NCBI GenBank assembly: GCA_947573925.1
Contig: CANPHS010000001.1
Span: 1 to 60,408 of the forward strand
DNA from: an uncultured Enterorhabdus sp.
Lineage (GTDB): Bacteria; Actinomycetota; Coriobacteriia; Coriobacteriales; Eggerthellaceae
Direction of reading: 5' to 3'
DNA length: 60,408 nucleotides
Made by a program: the position numbers and the translations under genes. Shown in pieces: positions 48,494 to 58,369 of this stretch (within the stretch, counting starts at the first letter, position 1; each line of letters begins with the position of its first letter). Under the pieces are notes generated by a model that did not search any database, was not told the DNA's origin, and was given only the letters and a program-made list of their open reading frames with translations.

Positions 48494-50658
48494 TCTGGGA
48501 TATCTTCGCCGGCGACGTGCGGCACCTATTCCGCAACGTCATTGCCGCCATCGTGGTGATGGGCCTGGCGCTGGTGCCGCCGCTGTACGCCTGGTTCACC
48601 ACGTTAGGCTTCTGGGACCCCTACGACAACACCGGCAACATCAAGGTGGCCGTGGCCTCGGTGGACGAGGGCTACGCGTCCGACCTCATCCCCACGCGCA
48701 TCAACGCCGGCGAGTCGGTGATAAGCGCACTGCGGGCCAACGACCAGTTCGACTGGCAGTTTGTGGGCGAGGAGCAGGCCATCGAGGGGGTGCGCAGCGG
48801 GGAATACTACGCGGCGCTGGTCATTCCGAAGAGCTTCACCGCCGATCTGATGACCGTGTTCTCCGACCATGTCACCGACGCCACCATCGTGTACTACGAC
48901 AACGAGAAGGAAAACGCCATTGCCCAGCGCGTGACCTCCACCGGGGCCACCACCTTGCAGGAAACCGTGGACGAGACCTTCGCGGAAACCGTGGCGAAGG
49001 TGGCCCTGGACACCACCTCGGGCCTCACATCGTTCATGGACGGCGAGGGGGTGCTCGCCTACGCCCAAACCCTGGGCACGCGCCTGGACGAAGCCGTGGG
49101 CGAGCTGGAAGCGGCCGCCGACCAGGCCCGGGCCTACGCGGACTTGCTGGAGTCCACCGGGTCGCTCGTGACCACCACGGGCACTATTCTGGACGAGGCG
49201 GGGAAGGCCCCGGGGGCCACAAACCCCCTGCTGGACGATGCCCGCACGAGCCTGACCAGCGCTCAGGACGGTTTGGCATCGGCGGCCGAAGCGGCCGAAA
49301 GCGCACTGGCCCAGGCACGCCAGAGCTACGATGCCGTGGCCGAGGCCGCCGATGGGGCTTTCGCCACCATGGAGCACGACCCGGCCGCGGCCCAGGCCGT
49401 GCTAGCCAACGCCCAAAAGGACGTGCAGAGCTTGGCCGAAGCCTACGGCAAGCTGCGCGATGCCTTGGCCGCGGCCGACCCGAACAGCCCGGCCCTGGGG
49501 CCGATGGACCGGGCCATTGCCGAGTTGGGCACGCTGGCCGCCAGCCTGCAAAGCGCCGAGAACGCCGTGGGCAGCGATACGACCGCCCTCAAGGAGGCCC
49601 ACCAGAAGGTGACCGATGCCATCAACCGGGCCCGCGACGGGCTGTCCGCCTCCGAGAGCACCTACAACGACACCCTGAAAGGCGAGCTGACCGACCTCGC
49701 CGCCAGCCTGCAGAACGTGGGCGACGACGCGGGCAACCTGTCCACCTCCCTCAAGCAAACGGCCACCGACCTGGGCAACTCCACCGACTCGCTGGGCCAG
49801 AGCCTCACTGCGGCCGAGCAATCACTGAAGGACGTGGCCGACACCCTGGGCACAGCGGCCACGGCCCTCGCCCAGGCCCGCGACGACCTTGCCCAGGCCC
49901 TGGATGCCGGCGACATCAACGAAGTGCGCCGCATCATCGGCAACAACCCGGGGGCCGTGGCCCAGTTCCTGGCCGCGCCCACAAAGTTGGACCGCCACGC
50001 CGTGTACCCCATGGCCGACAACGGCAGCGCCATGAGCCCCTTCTACACGTCGCTGTGCCTGTGGATCGGCGCCATCTTCATGGTGGCCCTCATGAGCGTG
50101 CAACTCTCCCCCGCCCAGATGCGGGCGCTCACGGCCCGCCGCGGACGGCCGCCCACCCAAGCCGAACAGTACCTGGGCCGCTACGGCGTGTTCTGCCTGC
50201 TGGGGCTTGCCCAAGCGCTCATTGTGGGGCTCGGCAACGTGTTCTTCCTCGGCGTGCAGTGCGAGCATTTCTGGCTGTACCTGGCCGCCTGCTGCCTGGC
50301 CTCGGTGGTGTTCACCAACCTCGTGTACACGCTCACCGTGTCCTTCGGCAACATCGGGAAAGCCCTGGCCATCATCGGGCTCGTGCTGCAACTGGCCGGC
50401 GCCGGCGGCCTCATGCCCGTGCAAATGCTGTCGGCCCCGCTCTTCGGCGCCATCTACCCGTGGCTCCCCTTCGCCCACTCCATGCCCGCGCTGGAAGGGG
50501 CCATGGCCGGCATCTACGGCAACCAGTACCTCGTGCAGATGGCCGAGCTGGCCGCCTTCCTCATTCCGAGCCTCGCCCTCGGCCTCATCTTCCGCCGCCC
50601 CGTCATCCGCCTCAACAATTGGGTACTGCGGAAGCTAAACGAAACGAAGTTCCTGTAA
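48484..50658 (+). CDS. YhgE/Pip family membrane protein (second paralogue)
   Basis: PPLYAWF...WDPYDNTGNIKVAVAS, YYDNEKENAIA, NGSAMSPFYTSL, PWLPF. Confidence 0.92.
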   Translation: MRMIWDIFAGDVRHLFRNVIAAIVVMGLALVPPLYAWFTTLGFWDPYDNTGNIKVAVASVDEGYASDLIPTRINAGESVISALRANDQFDWQFVGEEQAIEGVRSGEYYAALVIPKSFTADLMTVFSDHVTDATIVYYDNEKENAIAQRVTSTGATTLQETVDETFAETVAKVALDTTSGLTSFMDGEGVLAYAQTLGTRLDEAVGELEAAADQARAYADLLESTGSLVTTTGTILDEAGKAPGATNPLLDDARTSLTSAQDGLASAAEAAESALAQARQSYDAVAEAADGAFATMEHDPAAAQAVLANAQKDVQSLAEAYGKLRDALAAADPNSPALGPMDRAIAELGTLAASLQSAENAVGSDTTALKEAHQKVTDAINRARDGLSASESTYNDTLKGELTDLAASLQNVGDDAGNLSTSLKQTATDLGNSTDSLGQSLTAAEQSLKDVADTLGTAATALAQARDDLAQALDAGDINEVRRIIGNNPGAVAQFLAAPTKLDRHAVYPMADNGSAMSPFYTSLCLWIGAIFMVALMSVQLSPAQMRALTARRGRPPTQAEQYLGRYGVFCLLGLAQALIVGLGNVFFLGVQCEHFWLYLAACCLASVVFTNLVYTLTVSFGNIGKALAIIGLVLQLAGAGGLMPVQMLSAPLFGAIYPWLPFAHSMPALEGAMAGIYGNQYLVQMAELAAFLIPSLALGLIFRRPVIRLNNWVLRKLNETKFL

Positions 50659-50743
50659 GGAAAAAGGTGCACGGCAAGTGAAGAGAGGGCTGGGAGTCGC
50701 AGGTAGCGAGGCTGGAGGAACGTTCAAAAGAGCATAACGCTCG

Positions 50744-52114
50744 CTACCTTTCAAGCTCCATCGTCGGCCCGACACAGAAAGCGGCGTACAGGGGCAGACT
50801 TCGGAGGGTCGTACCGGTATCTGCAATGGGCTCTATGCCGAAGTTGGCCTCGGATAACCGAATGGCGTAGGGCGAGCGCCCCTCTTCCATGAACTTCCGC
50901 AGGCTTCTCGCCTTCACGTTCCGCGCCGACTTTACCTCTACGGGAATCACCTGGGCGAGCCGCGTCTGGAACACGAAGTCGATCTCGCCGTTGCCCACTT
51001 TGTCGCTCGGCATCCAGTAGAACGTGCGCACATTGTTGGCCGTGAGCGCCTGCATCACGTAGTTTTCGGCCAATGCGCCGCGGAAGTCGGAAGCCAAGCT
51101 CGTCCGCATCGTCTCATCGAGGAAGAACTCCGGGGCGATGCCGAACTTGTGGAACATGATTCCCGTATCGGCCACATACACCTTGAAGTAACTGCCCTCC
51201 TCGTCATTGAACGGCGCAAGGGGAGCAGTGACGTCGCAGGTGAGATCGTTGATGGAGACGATACCGGCGGCGGCAAGCCATTCGAGGGGCTCCAAAAGGC
51301 GCTCGCGGCGGCCGCCGCGCACCACCTCCGAGTACTTGAACTTCTTTGTGGAAGCACGCAGCAGCTGTTTGGGAAGGCTATCCCAGATGCGCTTCGCCGA
51401 AATGCCGCTGATGCCGTTTTCGGGATCGGTCATGTCGGCCGTGTAGGTGGCATTGATCTCCTGCTGAACCTCGGCCGCCGCCTCGAACGTTCCCTCGGCA
51501 CGATAGGCGTCCAGCACACGCGGCATTCCCCCCAGAACGAGATAGCGACGATACAGATCGAGGGCCCGATCATGGTTGACATAAGGAAGCCCCGTACGCA
51601 CGTGGGTGCGAATATCGTCGGCCATAGCATGCTCGCCGAGAGCCCAAAGGTATTCCTCGAAATCGAGCGGATGCAGTTCGAGCTGCCGCACGTCGGACGG
51701 AAACGGAAGGGAGCGCCTCTTCGTGGTCACGCCCAGGAAGCTTCCCGTCGCCAGAATGCGCCACGATGTGCCCGCGAAAAACCGCAGGGAATTGAGAGCC
51801 TGCTCGCACAGCTGCACCTCATCGAGAATGACAAGAGTCTTTCCCGGTTCGATAGGCTGCCCCTTGTACTCGGCAATGCGCTGGACGAGGCCGTCGACGT
51901 CATCGGTTGGCCAGTCGAACAAGGCGCTCGTCCGAGCAAGATCGGTCTGGAAGTCCAGCTTCACGAAACCGCTCTCGAACAGCTCGCTGCCCATGCGCTC
52001 GGCGAGCACGGTCTTACCGACGCGACGAGCCCCTTGAATGAGCAGAGGCTGATGACGCTCAGATCGAGCCCATTCCTCGATGGAGCCTTCCAGTTTTCGA
52101 CGCATATAGTCCAT
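50744..52114 (-). CDS. AAA_14 ATPase with DUF4143 / PD-(D/E)XK-like C-terminus
   Basis: GARRVGKT, LDEVQ, TGSFLG, LGGMP, ENYVMQAL, EIDF...PVEVKS. Confidence 0.9.
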   Translation of the reverse strand: MDYMRRKLEGSIEEWARSERHQPLLIQGARRVGKTVLAERMGSELFESGFVKLDFQTDLARTSALFDWPTDDVDGLVQRIAEYKGQPIEPGKTLVILDEVQLCEQALNSLRFFAGTSWRILATGSFLGVTTKRRSLPFPSDVRQLELHPLDFEEYLWALGEHAMADDIRTHVRTGLPYVNHDRALDLYRRYLVLGGMPRVLDAYRAEGTFEAAAEVQQEINATYTADMTDPENGISGISAKRIWDSLPKQLLRASTKKFKYSEVVRGGRRERLLEPLEWLAAAGIVSINDLTCDVTAPLAPFNDEEGSYFKVYVADTGIMFHKFGIAPEFFLDETMRTSLASDFRGALAENYVMQALTANNVRTFYWMPSDKVGNGEIDFVFQTRLAQVIPVEVKSARNVKARSLRKFMEEGRSPYAIRLSEANFGIEPIADTGTTLRSLPLYAAFCVGPTMELER

Positions 52115-52150
52115 GGAGCCTCGCTTTCATCAAAGCGAGTATACTCCTCA

Positions 52151-52222
52151 TTTCCAATTTCGTGTACAGGTTGTACATAGAATTCCGAAATTTCGTGTAC
52201 AGGTTGTACGCGAAATTGGAAA
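52151..52222. repeat. Palindromic double repeat upstream of the AAA gene
   Basis: AATTTCGTGTACAGGTTGTAC at 52156 and 52189 (33-bp period), bracketed by TTTCCAATTTCG/CGAAATTGGAAA. Confidence 0.88.
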
Positions 52223-52243
52223 ACTAATCGCCCTACTGGCAGG

Positions 52244-52276
52244 AAAAGGCGCACGGCCGGAGCGCGTGCGCCTTTT
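52244..52276. terminator. Bidirectional-type terminator after the reductase
   Basis: AAAAGGCGCACG/CGTGCGCCTTTT. Confidence 0.75.
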
Positions 52277-52301
52277 GGGAGGGGAGGCTTGGTAGGTACC
52301 G

Positions 52302-53870
52302 TTAGGCGCCGGCCACGTACTCGTGGGCGGTCTTGGCCGCGGTGCGGGCGCTGTTCACGCCGTGGCAGGTCATGGAGCCGTTGATGTCGATGCCGTACAT
52401 GTTGTTGTACAGCATGCCGCCATCGGCACCCACCGCGAACAGGTTCGGAACCGCCTGATCGCGACCGGGCTTCTTCACGCGGAAGTTGCGGTCGGTCTTC
52501 ACGCCGCCGGAGTAGAGCCCCTCCAGCGCCCCGCGGATGAGGCCGCAGTAGAACGGCGGGTTCTCGATGGGCATCAGGTACTGGGCGTCCTTGCCGTAGT
52601 CCACGTCGACGCCGCCGGCCACGTTCTCGTTGTACTGGGCCACCTGGGCCAGGAACAGGTCCTTGTCCACGCCCATGACGTCCACGAGCTCCTCCAGCGT
52701 GTCGGCCTGGTAGGCATCGTCGCCCTTCTCCACCATCTCGGCCCACAGCGCGGCGCACTCCTCGTCGCCGTCCATCATGGTCTCGAGGATCTTCGCGTCG
52801 TAGATGGCCCAGCAGGTGCCCCCGGCCAGGCGCACCGGCACGTTCTGCAGCTCGAAGTTGTGGGTGTAGGTGGAGCAGGCCTCGTCGGAGAAGCGCTCGC
52901 CGTGGATGTCCACCCACAGGCTCGGGCCGCCCCAGCACAGCTTGTCCCAGATGGGGCCCCAGGGGCCGGCCGAACCGATGATGTTGGTGCAGCCGAAAGC
53001 GGGGGCGCCGTGCTCGATGCCGCCGGCCTTGATCATCATGGACACGCCGTCGCCGTAGTGGCCCGGGGTGCCGATGATGCGGATGTCGTCCAGGTCGATG
53101 CCGAGCTTGGCCATGCGGTCGGCGTCCTCGCCGAAGCCGCCGGTGCCCACGATGACCGCCTTGGCGTTGATCTTGATGGTGTCGCCGTAGGTGTCGGTGG
53201 CGTACACGCCGGCCACAGTGCCGGCCTCGCCGAGGATGATCTCGCGGGCGCGGGTGTTCAGGCGCAGGTTCACGCCGTACTCGGCCAGCTTCTTCTTCAT
53301 GAAGGGGAAGTACCCGATGCCGGCGGCGCCCCCCTTGTACACGTAGTCGAAGCTGAACTCGGCGCGGTAGCGGCCCTCCTTGTACATGGCCAGGTACGCC
53401 GGGTCCAGGTCCTCCACGGCCTCGTACTGCACGCCGCAGTCGATGAGCCACTGCACGTTCTCGGCGGCGTGGCTGATCATGTCGCGGATGAACTGCTGGT
53501 TCACGGTGTAGGACTGGGCGTCGGCCTCGTAGCGCACCATCTCGCCGAGGGTGGCCTCGCCGGAGTTGGGGTGCAGGCCGTAGGCGTTGGTGCATTCCAC
53601 GCCGGTGCCGTTGCCGCCAAGGGCCGACTGGCCCTCGATGAGCAGCACCTTGTCGCCCAGCTCGCCGGCCTGCACGGCGGCGGCCACACCGGAGAAGCCG
53701 CCGCCCACCACGAGGATGTCGCAGGAAATCTCCTCGGTGACCTGGCTCGCCCAATCCTCCTCCGCCTCGTCGTCGGCGGCGAAGGCCGGCCGCGGGGCCG
53801 CCGCCAGGGCCATCGCCGCGCCGGCCATACCGGCACCGAACAGGAAGTTCCGTCTCGTCAATTCTGCCAT
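52302..53870 (-). CDS. Tat-exported FAD_binding_2 family reductase, no lipobox
   Basis: TRRNFL, AFA cleavage site, VVGGGFSG, GTGGF, SGGVKT, NLFAVG. Confidence 0.9.
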   Translation of the reverse strand: MAELTRRNFLFGAGMAGAAMALAAAPRPAFAADDEAEEDWASQVTEEISCDILVVGGGFSGVAAAVQAGELGDKVLLIEGQSALGGNGTGVECTNAYGLHPNSGEATLGEMVRYEADAQSYTVNQQFIRDMISHAAENVQWLIDCGVQYEAVEDLDPAYLAMYKEGRYRAEFSFDYVYKGGAAGIGYFPFMKKKLAEYGVNLRLNTRAREIILGEAGTVAGVYATDTYGDTIKINAKAVIVGTGGFGEDADRMAKLGIDLDDIRIIGTPGHYGDGVSMMIKAGGIEHGAPAFGCTNIIGSAGPWGPIWDKLCWGGPSLWVDIHGERFSDEACSTYTHNFELQNVPVRLAGGTCWAIYDAKILETMMDGDEECAALWAEMVEKGDDAYQADTLEELVDVMGVDKDLFLAQVAQYNENVAGGVDVDYGKDAQYLMPIENPPFYCGLIRGALEGLYSGGVKTDRNFRVKKPGRDQAVPNLFAVGADGGMLYNNMYGIDINGSMTCHGVNSARTAAKTAHEYVAGA

Positions 53871-53922
53871 GGTTGATACCTCTCTATCGTCGGAAGCGTT
53901 GATGTCGAATGGTGCGGGCGGC

Positions 53923-54372
53923 CTACTTGAAGTCGCCGTCGGCGTAGGTGATGGTCTGTCCGTCGACGACCGCTTCCAGCGAGTCGATGCGGTACATGTT
54001 GTCGGTGACGTTCTCGTGGGTCGCGGCGATCTCGGCGCCGGCGAACTCGGTGATGGTCACCTGCATGGTGATGCTCTCGATGTCGAAGCCCGTGAGCTCC
54101 TCGAGGGAGGCGAGGTACTCGGCGAAGCGGGCGTCGTCACTCGAGATGGTGAGCGGGCTCTCGTCGGCGGTCACGTCCCAATCGACGAGGGTCATCTCGT
54201 TGGTGGCCGTCTTCACGAGGGTCTTGGTGGTCATGGTCACCGGATCGGTGCTCGCCATGGAAGTGCCGCCGCCCGACTCGCTGGAGCAGCCGGCGAGAGC
54301 GCCGAAGCTCAGGGCGGCCGCGAGCGCGAAGGCGCCGAGGGCCGCGGCCCTTCTGGTCAGGATGTTCTTCAT
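53923..54372 (-). CDS. Small lipoprotein of unknown function, upstream of the reductase
   Basis: MKNILTRRAAAL...LAGC signal, GGAGG RBS, acidic Thr-rich mature domain. Confidence 0.8.
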   Translation of the reverse strand: MKNILTRRAAALGAFALAAALSFGALAGCSSESGGGTSMASTDPVTMTTKTLVKTATNEMTLVDWDVTADESPLTISSDDARFAEYLASLEELTGFDIESITMQVTITEFAGAEIAATHENVTDNMYRIDSLEAVVDGQTITYADGDFK

Positions 54373-54495
54373 AATGGTCCTTCCTCCTTGGATTGCCGCC
54401 CCCTCCGTCCGGCTCCTGCGAGCTTGGGCGGCGGTGCCATTGAACGGCAAATCCGCGGGGAAGATTTCGCCCCTATCGGGTGTTTTTCCGGGGAA

Positions 54496-56004
54496 TCACC
54501 CGTTTGTGATGAGGGTGGCCTGCACCAAATCGAGCAACTCCTGGCGATCGTGCACGTCGAGTTTCGTGTAGATGTGCCGGATATGGGTCTTCACCGTGTT
54601 GGCCGAAATGCAAAAGTGATCGGCTATGTAGGGGCCGCTGCGCCCGGCCACGAGCAGGGCCAGAATGTCCACCTCCCGGCTTGAGAGGAAGTAGCGGCCC
54701 GCGATCTCGTCGAGCGAGCCTTGCAGGGCGAGGTTCGGGATCTCGCCGCTTTCGGTCGGGGCCAGCGCGGCGCCGCAGCCGTCTTCCCGCGCCGCGGCGG
54801 CCGCGGGATCGGGCTCGCCGGCTCCGAGCCCATAGTCGTTGCCGCCCATGTTCTCCACCACGCTCCGGTCGCGCACGAGCAGGCGCATAACGAGCAGCAT
54901 GACCGCCACGCCCAGCGCCGCGTTGGCGATGGCCACCGCCTGGCCGTCCCCGGCCCAGGGGATGAACGTGCCGAGCAGGATGCCCGCCTGGTCCACCGCC
55001 TGCACGACGCACACCGTGCGCAGGACGGAAATGCCGCTGCCATGGTTCATGCCCACGATGAGCGCCCAGATGAGCAGGTCGAAGCAGACGTAGCCGGCCA
55101 GGAACACCAGTTGCACCGCCCCGGCGACCACCACCGCGCTGGCCACGAGGCTGACGGCCATGACAATGAGCGCGACATTGAAGATGGCCTGCGGGCGCCA
55201 CGAATAGCGCACGTAGCCCACGAACACGACAGCGCTGACGAGGGCCCGCACCACCAGGCCGCTGTAGGCGTCGAAGGGGCCGTTGCCCGTCACCTCGATG
55301 GTCTGGGCATTCACCACGCCGAACGCAACGGTCACCGCAAGCACAATGCACAGGAAGTTCCCGTTGGCGCCGAAGCGCCGATGAATGGCAGACCCCGACG
55401 GCCGGCTCACCCGCGAGGGGACCAGGACCGTGGCAAGGGCCGTTCGATTGAACGTGCGGGCGAGATACACGGCGAAGCTGAGCGCCGACAGCAGCGGCAG
55501 CAGAGCCGTCAGCACCAGGGAGGCCGAGGGCACGAGAAACACCACGAGCAGGATAACGACGATGTTCATGGGAAGCGCCGCCGCGATATGGATGAGGGCG
55601 TTGGTCGTCCCCTGGCACGTGGCCACGGCCCCCACCGTCACAATGCCGGCGCCCTCGAACAGCCCCACGACGATGCCCGCCGCCAGCAGCAATTCCGGCC
55701 GCTGGCCGTGGGCCCCGGCGAAGAGCAGGAGCGTGCCGATGGTTCCGCAGAGGAAAGCGGCGCCCGCGAAACCACGGGGGCGCGTTAGAAGCGACCGCAG
55801 CCTCTCGCTGGCGGCAGCCGCAGCCAGCACGGCAATGCTCGACGCGAACGACAGCACCATGGGCATCGTGGGCATCTCGACGCCCGCTGCCTCATACACC
55901 GCCGGGCCGAACACCACCACATCGAGCCACGTCCAGAAAAACGACGACACCAGCAGCGCCGACGGCGAAATGTTCCCTACGAACCGATTGAGCAAACGCT
56001 CCAC
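54496..56004 (-). CDS. Multi-TM LuxR-family regulator
   Basis: About 12 TMs + LSSREVDIL...ISANTVKTHIRHIYTKLDVHDRQEL. Confidence 0.9.
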   Translation of the reverse strand: MERLLNRFVGNISPSALLVSSFFWTWLDVVVFGPAVYEAAGVEMPTMPMVLSFASSIAVLAAAAASERLRSLLTRPRGFAGAAFLCGTIGTLLLFAGAHGQRPELLLAAGIVVGLFEGAGIVTVGAVATCQGTTNALIHIAAALPMNIVVILLVVFLVPSASLVLTALLPLLSALSFAVYLARTFNRTALATVLVPSRVSRPSGSAIHRRFGANGNFLCIVLAVTVAFGVVNAQTIEVTGNGPFDAYSGLVVRALVSAVVFVGYVRYSWRPQAIFNVALIVMAVSLVASAVVVAGAVQLVFLAGYVCFDLLIWALIVGMNHGSGISVLRTVCVVQAVDQAGILLGTFIPWAGDGQAVAIANAALGVAVMLLVMRLLVRDRSVVENMGGNDYGLGAGEPDPAAAAAREDGCGAALAPTESGEIPNLALQGSLDEIAGRYFLSSREVDILALLVAGRSGPYIADHFCISANTVKTHIRHIYTKLDVHDRQELLDLVQATLITNG

Positions 56005-56040
56005 GGGCCTCCCCTCCCTCCTTCCTTAAATGTAGTCCGG

Positions 56041-56109
56041 TTTTCCAATTTCGTGTACGAGGCGACGCAGAATTTCGGATTTTCGTGTACAGCTTGTACA
56101 CGAAATTGG
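56041..56109. repeat. Second, diverged copy of the 52151-52222 element
   Basis: TTTCCAATTTCGTGTAC...GAATTTCGGATTTTCGTGTACAGCTTGTACACGAAATTGG, colinear with the first copy. Confidence 0.88.
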
Positions 56110-56210
56110 TATTTTGCTTTGAGAACAAGCACCCGAACTTACCTTTTTCCCTGATGATTGACTCTTCCTTCTGAAAATATTATATGTATAACACCAGTTA
56201 GGAGGTCATT

Positions 56211-56510
56211 ATGGGAAATTCTTTGGTCAGTGCGCGAGTTTCTGTGGCGAAGAGGGAAGCGGCCCAGGGGCCTTTGGCGGCGCTGGGGGCTACCACATCC
56301 GACCTCATCAATAGCGCCTTCGATTATCTGCTCGCTACGAAGGAGCTGCCTCGTCCGCAGGATGCCGCCGCGCGGCCGTCACGGGCTGACTTCGCGCGGT
56401 TCTTGGACGCAAGCTCGCTGGATGTGGACTGGGGCACCGATGCCGCCGACGGAGACTATCGTTCGCTTATAGCGACGGGAAAGCGATCCGATTATGAATC
56501 TCTTGCTTGA
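56211..56510 (+). CDS. Putative antitoxin (RelB/RHH-like N-terminus)
   Basis: VSARV...LGATTSDLINSAFDYL; AGGAGG RBS; overlaps the PIN gene. Confidence 0.7.
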   Translation: MGNSLVSARVSVAKREAAQGPLAALGATTSDLINSAFDYLLATKELPRPQDAAARPSRADFARFLDASSLDVDWGTDAADGDYRSLIATGKRSDYESLA

Positions 56511-56973
56511 TGCCAACGTTTTCATCGACTACCTCGGTCGGAAAGAGCCCTTCTTCGCCGACGCGCGGGCCATCGTAGCTGCTGGATTTTTCGGCGATGC
56601 CAAGCTGTGGGTACCGGCCCAGGCAGCAACGGACGCCTTCTATGTGCTGAACCGGTACGTTCCTTCGGAACGTTTGCAGAAAGCTCTTTTGTCGGCCTTC
56701 GAGGTTATCGAACCCGTGGCCCTGAGTGCTGAGGAACTGCGCCGGGCAGCCCGACTCTCCTGGCCCGACTACGAAGACTGCCTGATAGCCCTTGCCGCTG
56801 ACAAGGTCCGCGCCGACTACCTCATCGCCCGCGATGCCAAGGGCTTCCAACGCTCGTCAACCCCCGTACTCTCCCCCGCCCAATGGCGCGAACTCATGCT
56901 GGAGGAACACCATCTCGACTTCGATGAAATCCAGTTGCAGGGTCTATCTCTCTCATCCCTTGTTCAACGATGA
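56494..56973 (+). CDS. PIN-domain (VapC-like) toxin
   Basis: LLLDANVFID...DYEDCL...YLIARDAKGF acidic PIN residues. Confidence 0.88.
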   Translation: MNLLLDANVFIDYLGRKEPFFADARAIVAAGFFGDAKLWVPAQAATDAFYVLNRYVPSERLQKALLSAFEVIEPVALSAEELRRAARLSWPDYEDCLIALAADKVRADYLIARDAKGFQRSSTPVLSPAQWRELMLEEHHLDFDEIQLQGLSLSSLVQR

Positions 56974-58369
56974 GAGAGATCAATTCCTGGCGTGAGTGCA
57001 CATCGCATTTGCCGTAGATGTGCTTCACGTGGGTGCGCACGGTCGTTTCGCTCACGAACAGCTCCTCGGCAATGAACACCGCGCTGCGACCTAGCGCGAA
57101 CAGCGCCAGCACCTCGCGTTCGCGAGGCGTCAGACCACAGCGGGCGGACAAGCGCTCGATGCCCTCCTCGTAGCCGACAGCCTCTCTACGCACCTCCTCG
57201 GAGGTTTTGCCCCAGAAGTACACGATGAGATCCTTGTCGTTGAAGGCCCAGGTGGCCACTACCACCAGCACGAGCGCTATGGCCACGGTCACGACGGCCT
57301 GCACCGTCGGCGCCACCGCCGCAGCATTGAAGGCTCCCCCGCCCAAAGCCTGGGCACCGTAGACCAAAAGACTGAACACCGAGAAGGTGCGCAAAGGGCT
57401 GAGGCGTGATTGGGCCACGAGGGAAATAATGGCGCAATCGCTCACCAGTTCGAACAGGGAGAACCCGCTGTCGAGAACACCTATCGACAAAACGCTGCGC
57501 AACCCGGCGGAGAACAGCACATAGGCGGCCAAGGCCAGAGCGGCGATAACCCGGAACAAGGGAGCGAAACTCGCATCGTCGGAGCGCACCACCGTCACGA
57601 ACAGCACCACGGCCACGATCTTAGTGACCATGACCAGGGCCACCACGCTGCCTTCCCCCTCAGCGTAAAAGGCAGTCTGGGAATAACCGAAGGCCAGGGC
57701 TATGGCCATGAAGCCGACGATCACCGAAACGGGAATGCGCACCTTGGGGGCACTGTCCCGAAAAGACTCCGTCGCCGCATCCTTCTCCGCTTCGGTATCG
57801 ACATACGCCAAGGCAGACTCCCGGCGCTGTCGCACCGACCCCTCCACGAACACCGCGCCCCCGAGCAGAAAAACGGCGCAAGCCACGGCGGCGGCCGTGG
57901 CCTCGAGGGCGAACAGGGGCACAAGGGCCGCATTGACCAGAGCTGCCAAAGCAAGAGTGGCGCGCAGCGATCGCAAGCTGAGCGAAGCAAGCAGCTCGAA
58001 CAGGATCAGCCAAAGAAACTCGGACGACGCCACCACCAGCAATGCGCCCGCCTCGGCCCACCAAGAGCTGCCGTCCACGGCACGACCGCCGATCATGAGC
58101 AGCGATCCTGCCGCCGCGGCGCCCAAGATGGCCACGGACGACCATCGGGAGACCGCGAGAGAAGCCATGCGCATAGATAAGAGCAACGCAAGAGCCACAG
58201 CTCCGGCACGGCCAACGGAGAACAAGGAGAAGTTGCCCGCCGCCACGGGGGTGGCCGCAACCATGTCGCCGAGACGGTAGCCCAGAATCTCGGTGGCAAC
58301 GCACAGGCAGGCGAAACCCCACATAAGAGGGGATGCCGCGACGGCCCGTAGTTCCCCTCGCCATCCCAT
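56894..58369 (-). CDS. Multi-TM LuxR-family regulator
   Basis: Hydrophobic body + GLTPREREVL...VSETTVRTHVKHIYGKCDVHSRQEL. Confidence 0.88.
   Translation of the reverse strand: MGWRGELRAVAASPLMWGFACLCVATEILGYRLGDMVAATPVAAGNFSLFSVGRAGAVALALLLSMRMASLAVSRWSSVAILGAAAAGSLLMIGGRAVDGSSWWAEAGALLVVASSEFLWLILFELLASLSLRSLRATLALAALVNAALVPLFALEATAAAVACAVFLLGGAVFVEGSVRQRRESALAYVDTEAEKDAATESFRDSAPKVRIPVSVIVGFMAIALAFGYSQTAFYAEGEGSVVALVMVTKIVAVVLFVTVVRSDDASFAPLFRVIAALALAAYVLFSAGLRSVLSIGVLDSGFSLFELVSDCAIISLVAQSRLSPLRTFSVFSLLVYGAQALGGGAFNAAAVAPTVQAVVTVAIALVLVVVATWAFNDKDLIVYFWGKTSEEVRREAVGYEEGIERLSARCGLTPREREVLALFALGRSAVFIAEELFVSETTVRTHVKHIYGKCDVHSRQELISLIVEQGMREIDPATGFHRSRDGVPPA

Noticed and set aside
45890-50658. 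Type VII secretion (EsaA-like) locus
   Set aside because: No EssC/FtsK ATPase or WXG100 genes nearby; tandem YhgE/Pip pairs are common in gut Actinobacteria.
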